Positions 60,101-64,000 of a stretch of DNA of 64,000 nt are shown here, piece after piece. The stretch covers positions 19,661 through 83,660 of the forward strand of contig JBEKSC010000010.1 of the NCBI GenBank assembly GCA_049517415.1. The letters run 5' to 3'. The DNA comes from Candidatus Bathyarchaeia archaeon (lineage in GTDB: Archaea; Thermoproteota; Bathyarchaeia; 40CM-2-53-6). A program made the translations under genes and the position numbers. The first letter of the stretch is position 1, and each line of letters begins with the position of its first letter. The notes beneath the pieces were generated by a model. It saw nothing but the letters and a program-made list of their open reading frames with translations, ran no database searches and was not told the origin of the DNA.

Positions 60101-62497
60101 ATGAAGATTGTACGAAATCTTGTAGTGTGTCTCATTTTAGCGTTGGTGCTTATTGCGCCTGCTTTGAGCCCGGTGGAGGCAGCTATTGCTCCTCTGAGTT
60201 CAAATATTTTTCCTTCGGGGACAATCGTTGTTCCAATGGACGGGAAGCAAAATGACAGGATTCATGTTTACGGACTAATTCACGAGTTTCTGAGGTCTAA
60301 CCCAAATTCACAAGTTGCCCGCGTTATTGAGCCCCCTGACGTTACGTTACAGACGCAATTGACTCCAAGCGGTGACGTGTATCAGGGTGGACCGTTCCTT
60401 ATCGACTCTTCGTACGTCGCGGCCATGAATACTATGTTGGGCAACTCCACTTTCTCAAAAGTCACAGTTACGAGGCTCACCGCCTCTTTTACCTCGAACA
60501 AAATTTTCTTCATAAGACAGGCAACCAAGATCTTGGTGATCCTATCAGATAATGGTTGGGGCGACACATTCCTCACCCTTTCGAGGATGGGGATAAGCTA
60601 CAATGAGGTGACCACTGACCAAATATTGGCTAACCCTTCATTGATCAACCAATACACGCTAATTGTACTCGACAGTCCAGGTTGGTACGGAAACCCAACA
60701 GCCTATGTGGCTGCTCGCCGAACGCAGATCCAAGCGGTCTATAACACGATTCAAGCGCGCGTACAGGCTGGAAATGAAGTAATGTTTACTGACGCTGCGC
60801 TGTTGGATTTGAACTCGACGTTCCCTGGCTATATCCATTTAGGACAAAGTGGAGAGGCATCTACCCCAACCGTTACCGTCTATAACCCAGCTAGTGGGGG
60901 ATTTATTCCAGAGTTCCCGAGTCAGTACTACAATTCAGGCCCGAATCCCAACAAAGCAAAGATCCTGACTGAGGAGGGAGCGGGGCAATGGGTGCCCACA
61001 GGTGTTCCGGCGGCGCACGCTGGTGATGTTAGGGTACTCATGGATTCAACTAACTACGGTTACCCAGCCCCACAGATCCCCTACGCGATTCTCGCTTTCT
61101 ACTTCCCCTACGGTAACGGAATAGTTGAAGGCTTGGCGTTCCAGCCCTACCAGCAACTATACCCCACGTATGCTGACGTGAACGGATACTATTCGACCTA
61201 CGAATTATACGGGAACAAATTTGTCGAAGGCCCGCAACCCGGATTCTTTTCCATCGCAGCAACGCCAACAGCAGAGACGGTGTCGCAAGGTCAAACCGCA
61301 ACTTACAAGTTGACTGTGACTTCAACGGGCAGCTTCAGTTCAACCGTTGCCCTTCAAGTGACTGCGGGCTTACCACCTGGCATACAAGCCAGTATCGTCC
61401 CTTCTTCTGTCACACCAAGTATAGGAGGCACTGCAACTTCTACTCTAACGATTCCGACATCCTTGAGTACGCCCCCCGGGACGTATAACCTCACGATTAC
61501 AGGAACATCAGCTCTCGCTCCAACTCAGAGCGTAGTCGTGACTCTCACTATTACGGCAGCGGCACCGGACTTTACGATCACGGCTAGTCCTCGCGCGCCA
61601 ACCCCCTTGGTAGTTGACCAGGGTCAGTGTGGAAACATCAACATCACCATTGGCTCAATTAGTAACTTCAACTCACCCGTCGACTTGACACTCACAAACG
61701 TTCCTGCGCATGTTTCAGCAAGCTTCCTGCCTACCCCTGTAACGCCACCACCGAACGGCACCGTTTTCTCCGCACTGAAGTTATGCCCAGACACCTCATC
61801 TACACCAAACAGCTACACGATGACAGTTGTCGGGACGAGCGGGTCACTTGTTCATACGGTCGACGTTGTTCTGAATGTTCCGCAACCATCGTTTAATCCC
61901 CTCATCTACCTGATCGTGCTGGCGCTTCTTCTCCTGTCCCTTGGCTTAGGCTTGCTCGCCTTCTACTTCTCAAGAAAAGGTCCGAGACGCCCGCCTCGGC
62001 CGCGAGCGCGCTACGTTTTGCCTCTTCCGATAGTACGTTGCCGTTATTGCGGAAGAGCCATGCCTATGCAGGCAGTATATTGTCCCTTCTGCGGAAGAAC
62101 CCAAGCGACCCTCGTACGGCGGCCTCCTAGAGTGGCCTCGGGTAGGTCCGGGAGGAGTGTAATCGGATTTGCACTTTGCCTTGTGTCCGGAATCCTCGTT
62201 CTCCTCAACAGCGCCGTCCTCCTAGTCCCATCATTCTACGGGCCTCCAGTAAACTGGTCGACAATCTTCATCTGGTTACCAACCATAGGACAAAGCTATG
62301 CTTTCGCACTGGGCGTAATCATCGGCCTAACGCTAATCATGGGCTCGATAATCCTGGTCATGGGACACGGTGCGATCGCCGATGTCGTCATCTTTCCGTT
62401 CGCAGTCTTTAGCATCATAATCGGTGGAGGTTTTGTCGCCGGTTTTGTCCTCGGAGTAGTTGGCGGAATTCTTGGGGCCTTGAAACATAGTTCATAA
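60101..62497 (+). CDS. Large cell-surface protein: signal peptide, globular domain, two Ig-like repeats, TM, zinc ribbon, 3-4 further TM segments
   Basis: FSIAATP..VSQGQTATY and FTITASP..VDQGQ repeats; CRYCGR...CPFCGRTQ; C-terminal hydrophobic helices. Confidence 0.8.
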   Translation: MKIVRNLVVCLILALVLIAPALSPVEAAIAPLSSNIFPSGTIVVPMDGKQNDRIHVYGLIHEFLRSNPNSQVARVIEPPDVTLQTQLTPSGDVYQGGPFLIDSSYVAAMNTMLGNSTFSKVTVTRLTASFTSNKIFFIRQATKILVILSDNGWGDTFLTLSRMGISYNEVTTDQILANPSLINQYTLIVLDSPGWYGNPTAYVAARRTQIQAVYNTIQARVQAGNEVMFTDAALLDLNSTFPGYIHLGQSGEASTPTVTVYNPASGGFIPEFPSQYYNSGPNPNKAKILTEEGAGQWVPTGVPAAHAGDVRVLMDSTNYGYPAPQIPYAILAFYFPYGNGIVEGLAFQPYQQLYPTYADVNGYYSTYELYGNKFVEGPQPGFFSIAATPTAETVSQGQTATYKLTVTSTGSFSSTVALQVTAGLPPGIQASIVPSSVTPSIGGTATSTLTIPTSLSTPPGTYNLTITGTSALAPTQSVVVTLTITAAAPDFTITASPRAPTPLVVDQGQCGNINITIGSISNFNSPVDLTLTNVPAHVSASFLPTPVTPPPNGTVFSALKLCPDTSSTPNSYTMTVVGTSGSLVHTVDVVLNVPQPSFNPLIYLIVLALLLLSLGLGLLAFYFSRKGPRRPPRPRARYVLPLPIVRCRYCGRAMPMQAVYCPFCGRTQATLVRRPPRVASGRSGRSVIGFALCLVSGILVLLNSAVLLVPSFYGPPVNWSTIFIWLPTIGQSYAFALGVIIGLTLIMGSIILVMGHGAIADVVIFPFAVFSIIIGGGFVAGFVLGVVGGILGALKHSS

Positions 62498-62921
62498 CGA
62501 AATATTTTGACGCTTGTCACGAATTTTCTAATCCTCGCTATGGCACCTAGCTTTCGGTAATGTGCCTGCTGTTCTAGAGCTAGTATTCATGTTAGAATTT
62601 ACTTAAACACCTCAATGCCTATTGTTGATTTTGGTCATCTCGCCTCGTAATGTTTAGTTCCTCAAATCAATCGCCAGCTTGCCGAGCTTAAGGTCTTGCG
62701 TGGATTTTGCAGTTCGCGGTATCATTTTCTTGCTTCCGAGCCGGAATCTGCACGTGAGTCATGGTGAAATCCCTAAGTCACAAACGGCATTCATCTTGAG
62801 TTGTGGTGCAAAATGGAAGTCATGGAATATTATCGTGATTCAAGTGGATTTTGGCGAATCAAGAACTTCAGAAGACGCCGACGCGCTAGAATCTAGTTCA
62901 TCACAGGCCGATGCCTTTCGC

Positions 62922-64000
62922 TCAGGCCGTGTGAATTTCCACTATGTCTTTGTCGTCAAGCACATGATCGGGGCCCACACGTTCGCCTGCGAACTTGCTA
63001 GTTGGACCCCAAATTCGTGAGTACCGATACCTATCTGCCAAATCTGTATGAATGTTTCGAGCTAACTCCCTAACCGTTGTCCCGGCCCTGACAACAAAAG
63101 GGAACTGCGAAGCTCTGGCTTCATTGGGCTCCTTAGTGTATACCCTGATGATCTCCAAAGTGTGAAAGAGTTTGTCGGCTATATCTTTCAAACCTTGCCC
63201 GGTCAGGCACGAAGTAAAAATGTGTGGCAAGGATTGAGGAAGAGTTCGCGGAAAGTCAAGAGAGGCCTGGCGCGCCTCCGGGAGGTCAATTTTGTTCCCG
63301 ACTACAACTGTAGGCTTATACAAGGTGACGTTTTCAAATATCGCGTCTTCCACATCTTCAGCAGATGCGTCGCCGTATATTCTGACAAGTGCGTTCCTAA
63401 TTCCGTAGCTGTGGAGTATATCACGCATTTCTGCTGGCGTACAGGACTTTTGTTGGGCAGAGGATGCAATGCGAATTTCCCCTGAACCTTTCTCTTGGAC
63501 TATTTCCACTTTCGACAGCGTTTTCTGAGTAGAAACGTGAATCTCTTGGAGGAAAGTCAAAATGAAAAGCAGATGGCTTGAGGGATCGGATGCGAGATCT
63601 ACAACAAGCATGAGGCCGTCTGAAGATCGAATCAGGTCTAGGGCGTCCGGCTGAATGTGATATTTGTTGTCGCTGCCAGGTTGAAGAGCGGGTAACTCAA
63701 CTAATTGAAGTTGAATGTCTTCGTACTGTAGCATTCCTGGAATTGGTCGTTGAGTTGCATAATCGTACGAAGCTACTGTCACCTGGGCATGGGTAAGTGA
63801 CCGGAGCAGGCTGCTACGTCCTGCTTTGGTCGGGCCAATCATAATGAGCTGGGCGGCTCCCTCACGTTCAACAAACCATGCCGAATGGCTGCTGCCACGT
63901 TTGCCCCGCTGAGTTGTGAGTTCCTCTTTGAGATCGGCGATCTTAGTTTTGATCTGCGCCCTAAGTCGTTCGTTCCCCTTATGTCTCGGTATGGCCGAAT
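62922..64000 (-). CDS. DRG/OBG-family GTPase with TGS domain; 5' end outside the window
   Basis: IPRHKGNERLRAQIK, VEREGAAQ, YDYATQRPIPGM, NKID, IIRVYTK, IH..LA, GERVG.DHVLDDKDIVEIH. Confidence 0.88.
   Translation of the reverse strand, partial: SAIPRHKGNERLRAQIKTKIADLKEELTTQRGKRGSSHSAWFVEREGAAQLIMIGPTKAGRSSLLRSLTHAQVTVASYDYATQRPIPGMLQYEDIQLQLVELPALQPGSDNKYHIQPDALDLIRSSDGLMLVVDLASDPSSHLLFILTFLQEIHVSTQKTLSKVEIVQEKGSGEIRIASSAQQKSCTPAEMRDILHSYGIRNALVRIYGDASAEDVEDAIFENVTLYKPTVVVGNKIDLPEARQASLDFPRTLPQSLPHIFTSCLTGQGLKDIADKLFHTLEIIRVYTKEPNEARASQFPFVVRAGTTVRELARNIHTDLADRYRYSRIWGPTSKFAGERVGPDHVLDDKDIVEIHTA

Noticed and set aside
62679..63020. 113-aa plus-strand ORF
   Set aside because: It overlaps the GTPase 3' end, has no motifs and is probably spurious.
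1..64000. Genome-wide TAG reassignment (pyrrolysine code)
   Set aside because: Many genes end at TAG exactly at their expected C-termini (sdhA ...ERHY, ilvC, ilvD, endA), and no pyl genes are in the window.
1..64000. tRNA, rRNA, CRISPR arrays, transposases or integrases
   Set aside because: No cloverleaf with a T-loop, no regularly spaced repeats and no transposase or integrase motifs were recognised by eye.

Overview
Archaeal genomic window, probably a TACK-superphylum lineage (Bathyarchaeia-like or non-AOA Nitrososphaerota-like). This is inferred from Rpo12, the tRNA-splicing endonuclease, archaeal GlyRS, CofE and AT-rich TATA boxes. 1-24.3 kb is a surface-glycosylation island: a GT10-like enzyme, nucleotide-sugar enzymes, three tandem GT-C membrane glycosyltransferases, GT2/GT4 enzymes, rmlABCD, a methyltransferase, NUDIX and flippases. 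24.5-36.6 kb holds cofE, two tandem K+-independent membrane pyrophosphatases, an alanine aminotransferase, rpo12 and a tatA/tatC/tatA locus. The second pyrophosphatase has an in-frame TAG at an invariant Lys and is followed by a strongly structured non-coding element. 36.9-49.4 kb is a complete branched-chain amino acid cluster (cimA, ilvB-ilvN-ilvC-leuB-leuA-ilvD-leuC-leuD-ilvE). 49.6-64 kb holds sdhAB without adjacent anchors, tiny zinc-finger ORFs, glyS, DUF47, endA, a GNAT, an MBL hydrolase, zinc-ribbon-tailed surface proteins and a DRG-like GTPase. The most notable unannotated signal lies directly upstream of ilvB: an Ile/Val/Leu-rich leader peptide ORF followed by a GC-rich hairpin, which looks like a bacterial-style ribosome-mediated attenuator in an archaeon. 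No tRNA, rRNA, CRISPR array or transposase was recognised. All product calls come from motif recognition by eye, not from database searches.
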